From contig CAZVJS010000002.1 of the NCBI GenBank assembly GCA_964627365.1, positions 1 to 35,353 on the forward strand: a stretch of DNA of 35,353 nucleotides, read 5' to 3'. This document shows positions 26,392 through 34,058 of the stretch, piece after piece (position 1 is the stretch's first letter; the number at the start of each line of letters is the position of its first letter). This DNA is from an uncultured Candidatus Saccharibacteria bacterium. GTDB lineage: Bacteria; Patescibacteriota; Saccharimonadia; Saccharimonadales; CAZPPF01. Under the pieces are notes generated by a model, which had not been told where the DNA came from, did not search any database, and worked only from the letters and a program-made list of their open reading frames with translations. The position numbers and the translations under genes were made by a program.

Positions 26392-27054
26392 GTGCCAAAT
26401 TTATCAGCTGAAGTGTTTAGAGACCAGCTCATGGCAACACCCGGATTCATTGATGAAGAGGGGGTGGTGCATCATGAATTTAACGGTGGAGATCATGGCC
26501 TCAAGATGGACTTTGGGGTGGTCAAGAAAGGAATGCCCGAATACGACACATGGGTAGAACTCAACAGAGATGCTATTCGCTCTAGATATCCGGACTCTAA
26601 TGAACTTATTGTTGTTGGAGTAGCTAATGGCACAACTGACTTTGCATTTGATGTGGCCGATGCTGTGGGGCATCATGCCGTTGGTTTAAAGTCAGAAAAA
26701 CTACCCGATAAACAAGTTCGATTAACTCAGGCAGCTAAGCTCTATCTAGAAAATTACATGCGTAAGGAACCAGCTGTAACTGTTGTGCTTGACGATGTTG
26801 GTACAACGGGGCGTCTAGCTGGCCTGCTAGCCCTGGAATGTCTGAGTGTCGGGGCAGTGTCCAGTGATGTGCAATACACTTGGCAGCGCTCACGTGTTCT
26901 GTGGTTTCTGAAAAATCTGGAAAAGGATAAAAAGAATAATATTCGGCATGTTGCGTTGATCAATGAAGTTGTGCCATCACTAAGCCCTAAAGATTGTCTT
27001 TCAAAAGGAGACTGCTCAAAAGGAGTAGAATTAATACCACATGGCGAAGATTAA
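26392..27054 (+). CDS. Type I phosphoribosyltransferase (OPRT-like)
   Basis: The GTG start abuts the previous stop codon. The PRPP-binding loop VTVVLDDVGTTGRLAG is present. Confidence 0.65.
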   Translation: MPNLSAEVFRDQLMATPGFIDEEGVVHHEFNGGDHGLKMDFGVVKKGMPEYDTWVELNRDAIRSRYPDSNELIVVGVANGTTDFAFDVADAVGHHAVGLKSEKLPDKQVRLTQAAKLYLENYMRKEPAVTVVLDDVGTTGRLAGLLALECLSVGAVSSDVQYTWQRSRVLWFLKNLEKDKKNNIRHVALINEVVPSLSPKDCLSKGDCSKGVELIPHGED

Positions 27055-27352
27055 ACCTACATTAGACAACTACCAAGAGCTGGTCAAAAAGCTGGTGGTT
27101 GAACGGGGTTTTGACAAAGAAACTGTTCCTGAAGTATTTCTAGTGTTTGCAGAGGAAGTAGGCGAGTTTGCTAAGACAATACGCAAAGCGAACAACCAGA
27201 AGACCAACACAGACGCACGCCATCATAATATGGAAGATGAAGCCGCCGATGTCTTTTTCATGTTAATTGATCTATGCAATCGCTTGGGCATTGATCTAGC
27301 CAAAGCCTTTGCTGCCAAAGAAAAGAAAAATCAAGAAAGGACATGGTCATGA
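27041..27352 (+). CDS. MazG-like nucleotide pyrophosphohydrolase (small all-alpha type)
   Basis: 103 aa with EEVGEFAK ... EDEAADVFF metal-binding motifs. It overlaps the previous gene by 14 nt. Confidence 0.7.
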   Translation: MAKIKPTLDNYQELVKKLVVERGFDKETVPEVFLVFAEEVGEFAKTIRKANNQKTNTDARHHNMEDEAADVFFMLIDLCNRLGIDLAKAFAAKEKKNQERTWS

Positions 27353-27813
27353 GCGCTGAACCAACGTTTGTACCCAAAGATGGGCAGGTAGACTTTACGA
27401 ATGCTCGTTTTTGCCCAGTCATTAACTGCGTGGTGGAGCACGAAGGCAAGTTACTGATGGTCAAGCGCAACAAAAACCTGCGCTTATATCCTGGTCTTTG
27501 GAATGGGATATCTGGTTTTTTGGATGATAAAAAGACCCTGGAAGAAAAGGTTCATGAAGAACTAGCAGAGGAATTATCAATCAAGCCTGAGCATATTCAA
27601 AAGATAGAACAAGGTCCAGTAATTGTCCAAGAAGCACCAGATTATGATAAGACCTGGGTTGTCTTTCCGGTCCACGTTATCGTTAACACTGATAAATACA
27701 AACTCGATAGTGAAGCCTCTGAAGCTAAGTGGCTGACACTATCTGAGGCGCGATCTAAAAATTTACTGCCTGGCTTTGCTGAGGTCATCGACACAATTTT
27801 TGGGGCCTATTGA
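27349..27813 (+). CDS. Nudix hydrolase
   Basis: The ATG at 27349 forms an ATGA overlap with the MazG stop and lies 7 nt after aaagga (an alternative ATG is at 27343). The Nudix-box-like GFLDDKKTLEEKVHEELAEELSI is present. Confidence 0.7.
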   Translation: MSAEPTFVPKDGQVDFTNARFCPVINCVVEHEGKLLMVKRNKNLRLYPGLWNGISGFLDDKKTLEEKVHEELAEELSIKPEHIQKIEQGPVIVQEAPDYDKTWVVFPVHVIVNTDKYKLDSEASEAKWLTLSEARSKNLLPGFAEVIDTIFGAY

Positions 27814-27836
27814 CCACGTTTAGGGTAGACTAGTAG

Positions 27837-29288
27837 ATGATGAATTATTATGTGACGACCTCTATTCCCTATGTCAACGGCGAGCCGCATTTGGGGCACG
27901 CTATGGAGTTTATTATGGGTGATGTGCTGGCACGTTATGCACGGCAGCAAAAAAAGCCCGTCATTTTTAGTACTGGCACCGATGAGCATGGTGGCAAAAT
28001 TGCCGAAAAGGCCGCTGAACTTAAGATCACACCCCAAGCCTTTTCTGACAAAGTCAGCGAACAGTTCAAAGTTCTGGCCAAGCAGCTCAACATTAGCAAT
28101 GACAGGTTTATACGTACCACTGACCCAGGTCATGAACAGCGGGCGCAGATTATCTGGAAAAATCTAGAAAAAGATATTTACAAAGGTAAGTACACTGGCT
28201 GGTACTGCAAGGGTGAAGAAGAATTCTTCTCGGAAAAAGTTGTCAAAGCAAACAATGGGACTTGCCCCGTACATAAGTGGGCTTATGAAAAAATCGAGGA
28301 AGAAAACTATTTCTTTAAGCTCAGCAAATATGCTCCACAGATCCAAAAAGCCATCGATAGTGAGTCATATCGGGTTGTACCCAAAACTCGCAAACACGAA
28401 GCACTTGCAGTTATCAAGGAAGGTTTGGATGATATTAGCATTTCTAGGCCCAAAGAAAAGCTTGAATGGGGAATTCCAGTACCCGGCGATTCTAAACATG
28501 TCATGTATGTTTGGTTTGAAGCGCTCATGAACTATATTACGGTGTTGGGCTACCCAGAACATGAAGACTTTAAGCAATTTTGGCCAGCCAACGTGCACGT
28601 AATAGGCAAAGACATTTCGCGTTTCCATGCCGCTATTTGGCCGGGTATGCTGATGGGCCTGGGTTTGCCGCTACCTAAGCAATTGTTTGTGCACGGATTT
28701 ATCAATGCTGCCGGTGGCGAAAAAATGAGCAAATCGCTTGGAAATTCAATTTCTCCCAATGAGATCATCAAAAAATACAGTGCTGACGTGTTTCGGTACT
28801 TTTTCTTGCGCCATATTCCCAGCTACGAAGATGGTGAATTTACCTGGGAACGATTAGAAGCAGCTTACAACAATGAGCTAGCTAACGAGCTTGGCAATGC
28901 AGTGCAACGAACCGTTGCCATGGTTCAAAAATACCAAAACGGTATTATTGGTGCGATCCCGGAAGCGCAACACGACATTGCTCAGTACACTGAAGCATTA
29001 GAAAATTGTCGCTTTGACCGAGCCTTGGACGAGGTTTGGGAACAGGTCCGCGGGCTTAACCAGTATATTGATGAAGAAAAACCCTGGGAACTGGCCAAAA
29101 ACAAGGAAGCAGATCACTTGCAAGAAGTTTTGGCGTACCAAGTAGGTATGCTACTGGAAATTGCTGAACTACTGGAACCATTTATGCCAGAAACCTCCCA
29201 AAAGATTCAACACGCCTTTCATGAGGGTGTGATCCGCCCCACCAAAGAGACCCTCTTTCCAAAAGAAGAAAAACCGGCTGCTGCGTAA
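27837..29288 (+). CDS. metG: Methionyl-tRNA synthetase (short form)
   Basis: HIGH-type PHLGH and KMSKS motifs; 483 aa. Confidence 0.92.
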   Translation: MMNYYVTTSIPYVNGEPHLGHAMEFIMGDVLARYARQQKKPVIFSTGTDEHGGKIAEKAAELKITPQAFSDKVSEQFKVLAKQLNISNDRFIRTTDPGHEQRAQIIWKNLEKDIYKGKYTGWYCKGEEEFFSEKVVKANNGTCPVHKWAYEKIEEENYFFKLSKYAPQIQKAIDSESYRVVPKTRKHEALAVIKEGLDDISISRPKEKLEWGIPVPGDSKHVMYVWFEALMNYITVLGYPEHEDFKQFWPANVHVIGKDISRFHAAIWPGMLMGLGLPLPKQLFVHGFINAAGGEKMSKSLGNSISPNEIIKKYSADVFRYFFLRHIPSYEDGEFTWERLEAAYNNELANELGNAVQRTVAMVQKYQNGIIGAIPEAQHDIAQYTEALENCRFDRALDEVWEQVRGLNQYIDEEKPWELAKNKEADHLQEVLAYQVGMLLEIAELLEPFMPETSQKIQHAFHEGVIRPTKETLFPKEEKPAAA

Positions 29289-29313
29289 GACTCACATGGC
29301 GTAAAATGAGGGC

Positions 29314-30114
29314 ATGGAGCTGGTTGATACCCACTGTCATATACACTTTCCAGACTATGAGCTGGATCCTGAGGAAGTAATTACCTCGGCTACAGAGGCG
29401 GGGGTGATGCGGTTGATATGCGTTGGTTGCACTTTGCCAGATAGCAAACTGGCAGTAAAAATGGCTGCACAGCACGACAATATCTGGGCCAGCATTGGTC
29501 TGCATCCACACGAAGGGTCAGAGTATGTCCATGATGACATCGCCCTGCAGCAATTTCACGACCTGGCCAGCAAACCAAAAGTAGTAGCGATTGGCGAAAC
29601 TGGGTTGGATTACTACTACAATCATTCCACCAAAGAAGATCAACAGAAATTACTACGTTTTCAGCTGGATATGGCGGTGGAACACGATTTACCGGTTATT
29701 TTTCATCTGAGAGGCGCCAAAGATGATGAAAATCAGGTGTATGACGATTTCTTTGCTCTGTACGGCCAATACAAGGGCCTGAGAGGCGTGATACATAGCT
29801 TTTCTACAAATAGACGTGTTCTTGACAAAATCCTAGAATATGGGCTGTACGTGGGTCTGAACGGCATTATGACCTTTTCTAAAAACGCGGATCAGTTGGC
29901 GGCGGCAAAGGCCATCCCGTTGGAAAAATTACTACTTGAAACAGATGCGCCCTTCTTGACTCCTGCTCCCCATCGTGGTAAAATCTGCGAGCCTAAGTAC
30001 GTTGGAGTTACAGCGGAATTTCTTGCAAAATTACGGGGCGAAAGCCTCGCGAATCTTGCCGCCACCACAACGGCCAACGCCCAAGGCTTGTTTAAACTAA
30101 CAGAGGCGAAATGA
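29314..30114 (+). CDS. tatD: TatD-family metal-dependent hydrolase/DNase
   Basis: N-terminal LVDTHCHI motif; 266 aa. It sits downstream of metG as in Firmicutes (metS-yabD). Confidence 0.88.
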   Translation: MELVDTHCHIHFPDYELDPEEVITSATEAGVMRLICVGCTLPDSKLAVKMAAQHDNIWASIGLHPHEGSEYVHDDIALQQFHDLASKPKVVAIGETGLDYYYNHSTKEDQQKLLRFQLDMAVEHDLPVIFHLRGAKDDENQVYDDFFALYGQYKGLRGVIHSFSTNRRVLDKILEYGLYVGLNGIMTFSKNADQLAAAKAIPLEKLLLETDAPFLTPAPHRGKICEPKYVGVTAEFLAKLRGESLANLAATTTANAQGLFKLTEAK

Positions 30115-30494
30115 ACCCCAAAGATTTAATACCGGTCTTTAAGCACGAAAATCATGCAGAGCACCTGCCAATTATTGCGCGCCGTGAGAATGTTTTATAC
30201 GGTGCAGGAGGTTTTGCGCTGGAGATCGAACGCGTGCTGGGTCTATCTGAAGAGGTAATTACATACGCTGCCAAACCCGAAAATCTATCTGCTGCGTTTC
30301 CTGATCTTGAACAGGCCTTAAATGATGAATACAACAAGTCAGAAGAGACATTAGTTTCTGATGAACACGTGCCCGCTTCACAACAAATTATTGACAATGC
30401 TGACAGTCAGGGCCATCTGGATATTGGACAAGCCAAAGATGCGGTTTTGAGAGCGTTAAACGAGGAGCAGACCTATGATTCGGAAACTGTTTAG
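30111..30494 (+). CDS. Hypothetical acidic protein
   Basis: ATGA overlap with the tatD stop. I recognise no domain. Confidence 0.45.
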   Translation: MNPKDLIPVFKHENHAEHLPIIARRENVLYGAGGFALEIERVLGLSEEVITYAAKPENLSAAFPDLEQALNDEYNKSEETLVSDEHVPASQQIIDNADSQGHLDIGQAKDAVLRALNEEQTYDSETV

Positions 30495-30843
30495 TTCTTT
30501 TTCTGCTCAGCGTCAGGCTCAGCGTGAGGCGGAACTGTATCGTAACTTGATTCGCCACGAAGCCAAGATTGGCGGCCAATTGTTTGGGCCTGTCCCCGAA
30601 GGTGGTCGCCGCGAGTTTTTCTGTCTGGATGAACACACTTGGGTGTGGCATGAAGAGTGGACCGACAAATCTGGCAATCATCGTGCTAAAACAACTCGCT
30701 ATGACATGCGTCCCAACGGCATCCTGAAAGCCCAAGACGGACAGCACTACCAACAGGTCAGCGAAGAAGAAGCTCGCAACCTTTTTCGAGCCATCAAGAC
30801 ATATTTGCAGCGCGTTCATTCAGAAATTTACGCCCAGATTTAG
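30475..30843 (+). CDS. Hypothetical protein
   Basis: 122-aa ORF with balanced composition that overlaps the previous ORF by 20 nt. The antisense 143-aa ORF looks like a shadow. Confidence 0.5.
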   Translation: MIRKLFSSFSAQRQAQREAELYRNLIRHEAKIGGQLFGPVPEGGRREFFCLDEHTWVWHEEWTDKSGNHRAKTTRYDMRPNGILKAQDGQHYQQVSEEEARNLFRAIKTYLQRVHSEIYAQI

Positions 30844-30877
30844 ACTCTGCCTAATAGCGGCTTTATACTAAACGTTT

Positions 30878-32017
30878 ATGACTCAGATATATTTAGACTA
30901 CGCGGCGGCTACGCCGCTGGATGAGGAAGTGCTGGCTGCTATGCAGCCGTATTTTGCTGATAACTTTTATAACCCTTCCGCAACCTATTTGGCTGGCCGC
31001 CACACCAGCGACCAGCTGGCCAAAGCCCGCGCCGAAGTTGCAGCTTACCTTGGTTCCCGGGCCAGTGAAATTATCTTTACGGCAGGTGGAACCGAAGCCA
31101 ATAACTTGGCAATTCGTGGCATTATGGAGCGGTTTCCAAAGGGTCATCTTGTAGTTAGTGCAATTGAGCATGACTCGGTGCTTAAACCAGCCGAGAAATA
31201 CAACCATAGCTTGGCTCCTGTGACAAAAGAGGCCGTGGTAGACATAGACAAGCTTAAGAAACTTATCCGCGATAATACTGTGCTTATAAGCGTAATGTAC
31301 GCCAACAATGAAGTAGGCACGATTCAGCCGATCAAGGAAATTAGCCGGCTAGTCTCAAACGTTCGAACTGAGCGATTGGAAAAAGGCAACCAACTTCCCC
31401 TGTATTTCCACACTGACGCCTGTCAGGCCGGAAATTACCTGGACATGCATGTCAACAGATTGGGTGTAGATATGTTGACCATCAATGGCGGTAAGTTATA
31501 TGGCCCAAAGCAGAGTGGAGCTTTGTATGTAAAAGCTGGGATTGAGCTAGAACCGATCATCTACGGTGGAGGGCAGGAAAATGGCCTGCGCAGTGGTACC
31601 GAAAACGTGGCTGGAAGTGTTGGCCTGGCAGCAGCTCTTACCAGGGCTCAAGCCTTGCGCAAGGAAGAAGTTGAACGCCTGGGGCAGCTGCAAAAGGACT
31701 TTATAAAACTACTAGACACTCAAATTCCCAAAGCCATCATCAACGGTTCCAAGCACCACCGGTTGCCCAGCAACGTGCACCTTACGCTGCCAGGTCACGA
31801 CAACGAACGCTTGATGATGCAGCTAGATGAACAAGGGATTATCTGCGCCGTGGGCTCAGCCTGCAGTGCCAGTAACGACGAACCTTCACACGTTCTCAAG
31901 GCTATGGGACTAAGTAACCAAGATGCTCAAGCCAGCTTGCGCTTTACTATGGGTCGCCAAACCTCCCAACAAGAAATCAAAACCACCGTCAAAACCCTCG
32001 CCAAATTCGTTGAGTAG
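30878..32017 (+). CDS. Cysteine desulfurase (class V aminotransferase, NifS/IscS-like)
   Basis: YLDYAAATP, a PLP-Lys region INGGKLYGPK (SGHK replaced by NGGK), GGGQENGLRSGTENV and the catalytic loop GSACSA. Confidence 0.88.
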   Translation: MTQIYLDYAAATPLDEEVLAAMQPYFADNFYNPSATYLAGRHTSDQLAKARAEVAAYLGSRASEIIFTAGGTEANNLAIRGIMERFPKGHLVVSAIEHDSVLKPAEKYNHSLAPVTKEAVVDIDKLKKLIRDNTVLISVMYANNEVGTIQPIKEISRLVSNVRTERLEKGNQLPLYFHTDACQAGNYLDMHVNRLGVDMLTINGGKLYGPKQSGALYVKAGIELEPIIYGGGQENGLRSGTENVAGSVGLAAALTRAQALRKEEVERLGQLQKDFIKLLDTQIPKAIINGSKHHRLPSNVHLTLPGHDNERLMMQLDEQGIICAVGSACSASNDEPSHVLKAMGLSNQDAQASLRFTMGRQTSQQEIKTTVKTLAKFVE

Positions 32018-32076
32018 GCCTCTCTAAGATATTGGTCTCTACAATTACAAGCGGTATACTGTTATCAGTTTCGACC

Positions 32077-32922
32077 ATGGTACGACAAAAACGAAAACAC
32101 CCGCTATCAAAACGGCAATTGATTGCCGTTGTTGGACTTGGGCTACTGGTGGTTATCAGCCGCTGGTCCACAGGCACAGCTCAAGTAGTTCCCCAAGGTT
32201 ATAAATCTGATGAAACCCTGCAGCGTGGCATGCTGGTGATGCTCAAGAGTGACGACTCAAGCAAGGTCACAGCTCTCACTGCCAGCGAATCAGACAAAAT
32301 GCTAGGTGTAGTGGTAGACAAAAATGACGCTCCAGTTACTATTTCTGATGGTGCGCAAACGGTGTATGTGGCTAATACGGGTCATTTCGATGTACTAGTG
32401 AGTGATCAAAACGGTTCGATTAGCGCCAATGACAACGTGGCGGTATCAGCCTTGGCTGGAATTGGCATGAAAGCTGACACGGCTCAGCCAAACATTGCTG
32501 GAAAGGCTCTAAGCGGGTTTAACGGCAAAGATAATGTGATTGGAACTACCAAAGTCAAAGATGCCGGTGGCAAAGAAAAAGATGTCCACATTGGCTACGT
32601 TACAACCGACATTAACATCGGTAAAAACCCGCAGTTTAAGGCTGAAGCGCAGGTGCCAGAAGCGCTCAGAAAGGCCTCTGCGGCTATTGCCCAAAAGCAA
32701 GTTACGGCCTCTAAAATCTATGTGGGAATCATCCTAATTTTTCTGACGTCTGTTATTGCAGCTGTTGTGCTGTATTCGGGTGTAAGAAGCAGCATTATTG
32801 CCCTTGGTCGTAATCCGCTTAGTCGCAAATCAATTCTGCGGGGCATGTTTCAGGTGATCATCACCAGTATTATCATTTTTATCTGTGGTCTTTTTGGGGT
32901 ATATTTACTACTGAAAGTATAA
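32077..32922 (+). CDS. Membrane protein: N-terminal TM, roughly 200-aa extracytoplasmic domain and a C-terminal two-helix hairpin resembling ATP synthase subunit c
   Basis: The ATG at 32077 gives MVRQKRKHPLSKRQLIAVVGLGLLVV. The C-terminus is IYVGIILIFLTSVIAAVVLYSGVRSSIIALGRNPLSRKSILRGMFQVIITSIIIFICGLFGVYLLLKV. The ORF-track start at 32032 is TTG. Confidence 0.55.
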   Translation: MVRQKRKHPLSKRQLIAVVGLGLLVVISRWSTGTAQVVPQGYKSDETLQRGMLVMLKSDDSSKVTALTASESDKMLGVVVDKNDAPVTISDGAQTVYVANTGHFDVLVSDQNGSISANDNVAVSALAGIGMKADTAQPNIAGKALSGFNGKDNVIGTTKVKDAGGKEKDVHIGYVTTDINIGKNPQFKAEAQVPEALRKASAAIAQKQVTASKIYVGIILIFLTSVIAAVVLYSGVRSSIIALGRNPLSRKSILRGMFQVIITSIIIFICGLFGVYLLLKV

Positions 32923-32944
32923 GCATTTTAGGTGGGCATTTGAC

Positions 32945-33565
32945 GTGCAATTAACGACGCTACTTCTCATACTCGGTATTATCCTGGCAATTGCTGGTGG
33001 GTTGATCTGGTTAGTTACACGAAAAGACCAGGCTGCCAAGGCCGAAAAACCCAAAGAGGTAGACTATACCAAGACAGCCGAAGAGGATGTAGAACATATC
33101 TTTAACGATGAGTTTCGTGAAGAGCTTCGTAACCGTGGACGACTGCATTTTGAGAAGATCATTGGCGAGAACGCTATGTTCTTGCAACAAGACTTACGTC
33201 TGACTACCTCGCAGCTCAACGACTACATGAAGCAAGAGATAACCCGTACGCTTCAGGAAGAATTCTCGAAGTACGAGCGGTCAATTACAGATGCCAAGCA
33301 ACTAGCGATTGATTCGATCAACAAAACCCAAGAAGCCATTGAACAACAGCGTAAGATTTTGGGTGAACAATTAGAAAAACAAGTCGATGCCGAAAAGACG
33401 CGTTTGATAACAGGTTTTGAGAAAAATATGGCGGATGTGGTAAATCACTACGTTTTGGCTGCGATTGGCAACCAGATAGACCTTAACGACCAGCTGGAAT
33501 ACATCATTGGTGAAATGCAAACAAACAAAGACGCAATACTTGAGGACATAAAGAATGGCTCATGA
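32945..33565 (+). CDS. atpF: F-type ATP synthase subunit b-like protein
   Basis: GTG start, a single N-terminal TM helix and a long charged coiled-coil. It lies immediately upstream of delta and alpha. Confidence 0.55.
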   Translation: MQLTTLLLILGIILAIAGGLIWLVTRKDQAAKAEKPKEVDYTKTAEEDVEHIFNDEFREELRNRGRLHFEKIIGENAMFLQQDLRLTTSQLNDYMKQEITRTLQEEFSKYERSITDAKQLAIDSINKTQEAIEQQRKILGEQLEKQVDAEKTRLITGFEKNMADVVNHYVLAAIGNQIDLNDQLEYIIGEMQTNKDAILEDIKNGS

Positions 33566-34058
33566 AAAAACGGAACTTCACCTGCCTGTTACCACGGTAA
33601 CCATCGTCGATGTTGGACGACTGCAACGAGAACTTGAGGCGTTGGACGGTTTTCTGGCTCAAGCGGCCGCTCGAGGAAGTGGTAAATCCGTCACCATGCC
33701 TAAAACCACCAAATCATTTGACGAGTTTGTGAAACAAAACGAGCTACAACTACACGAAGAAGCAGATCGTACCAAGTTGAATGAGTTTTTGGAGTCAGTA
33801 CGCGCCAGTGCACCAGTCATACATGTAAGTTTTTCGGCTGAACCATCGGCGGCTTTTTTGCAAAAGATGATTTCGTGGTTTAGGACCGAGATTGATCCTT
33901 TGGTACTACTTCAGGTGGGTTTGCAGCCAAGTATTGCAGCCGGTTGTGTCATGCGTACCACCAATAAGTACTTTGATTTCTCGATGCGCAAACATTTCCA
34001 AAAAAACCGTGAGCTACTGATTGAGAGCATGCGCAAGGGAGCGGCAAGTGGAGGCTGA
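33555..34058 (+). CDS. atpH: F-type ATP synthase subunit delta (OSCP)
   Basis: The C-terminal pattern [24 protein letters not shown] matches the delta consensus (..GG.vv..g...iD.S.r..l). It overlaps its neighbours by 11 nt on each side. Confidence 0.6.
   Translation: MAHEKTELHLPVTTVTIVDVGRLQRELEALDGFLAQAAARGSGKSVTMPKTTKSFDEFVKQNELQLHEEADRTKLNEFLESVRASAPVIHVSFSAEPSAAFLQKMISWFRTEIDPLVLLQVGLQPSIAAGCVMRTTNKYFDFSMRKHFQKNRELLIESMRKGAASGG

Noticed and set aside
30388-30819. 143-aa minus-strand ORF opposite the 30475-30843 gene
   Set aside because: The plus-strand ORF has a balanced protein-like composition and fits the co-directional, overlapping operon structure. The minus ORF has no upstream signals.
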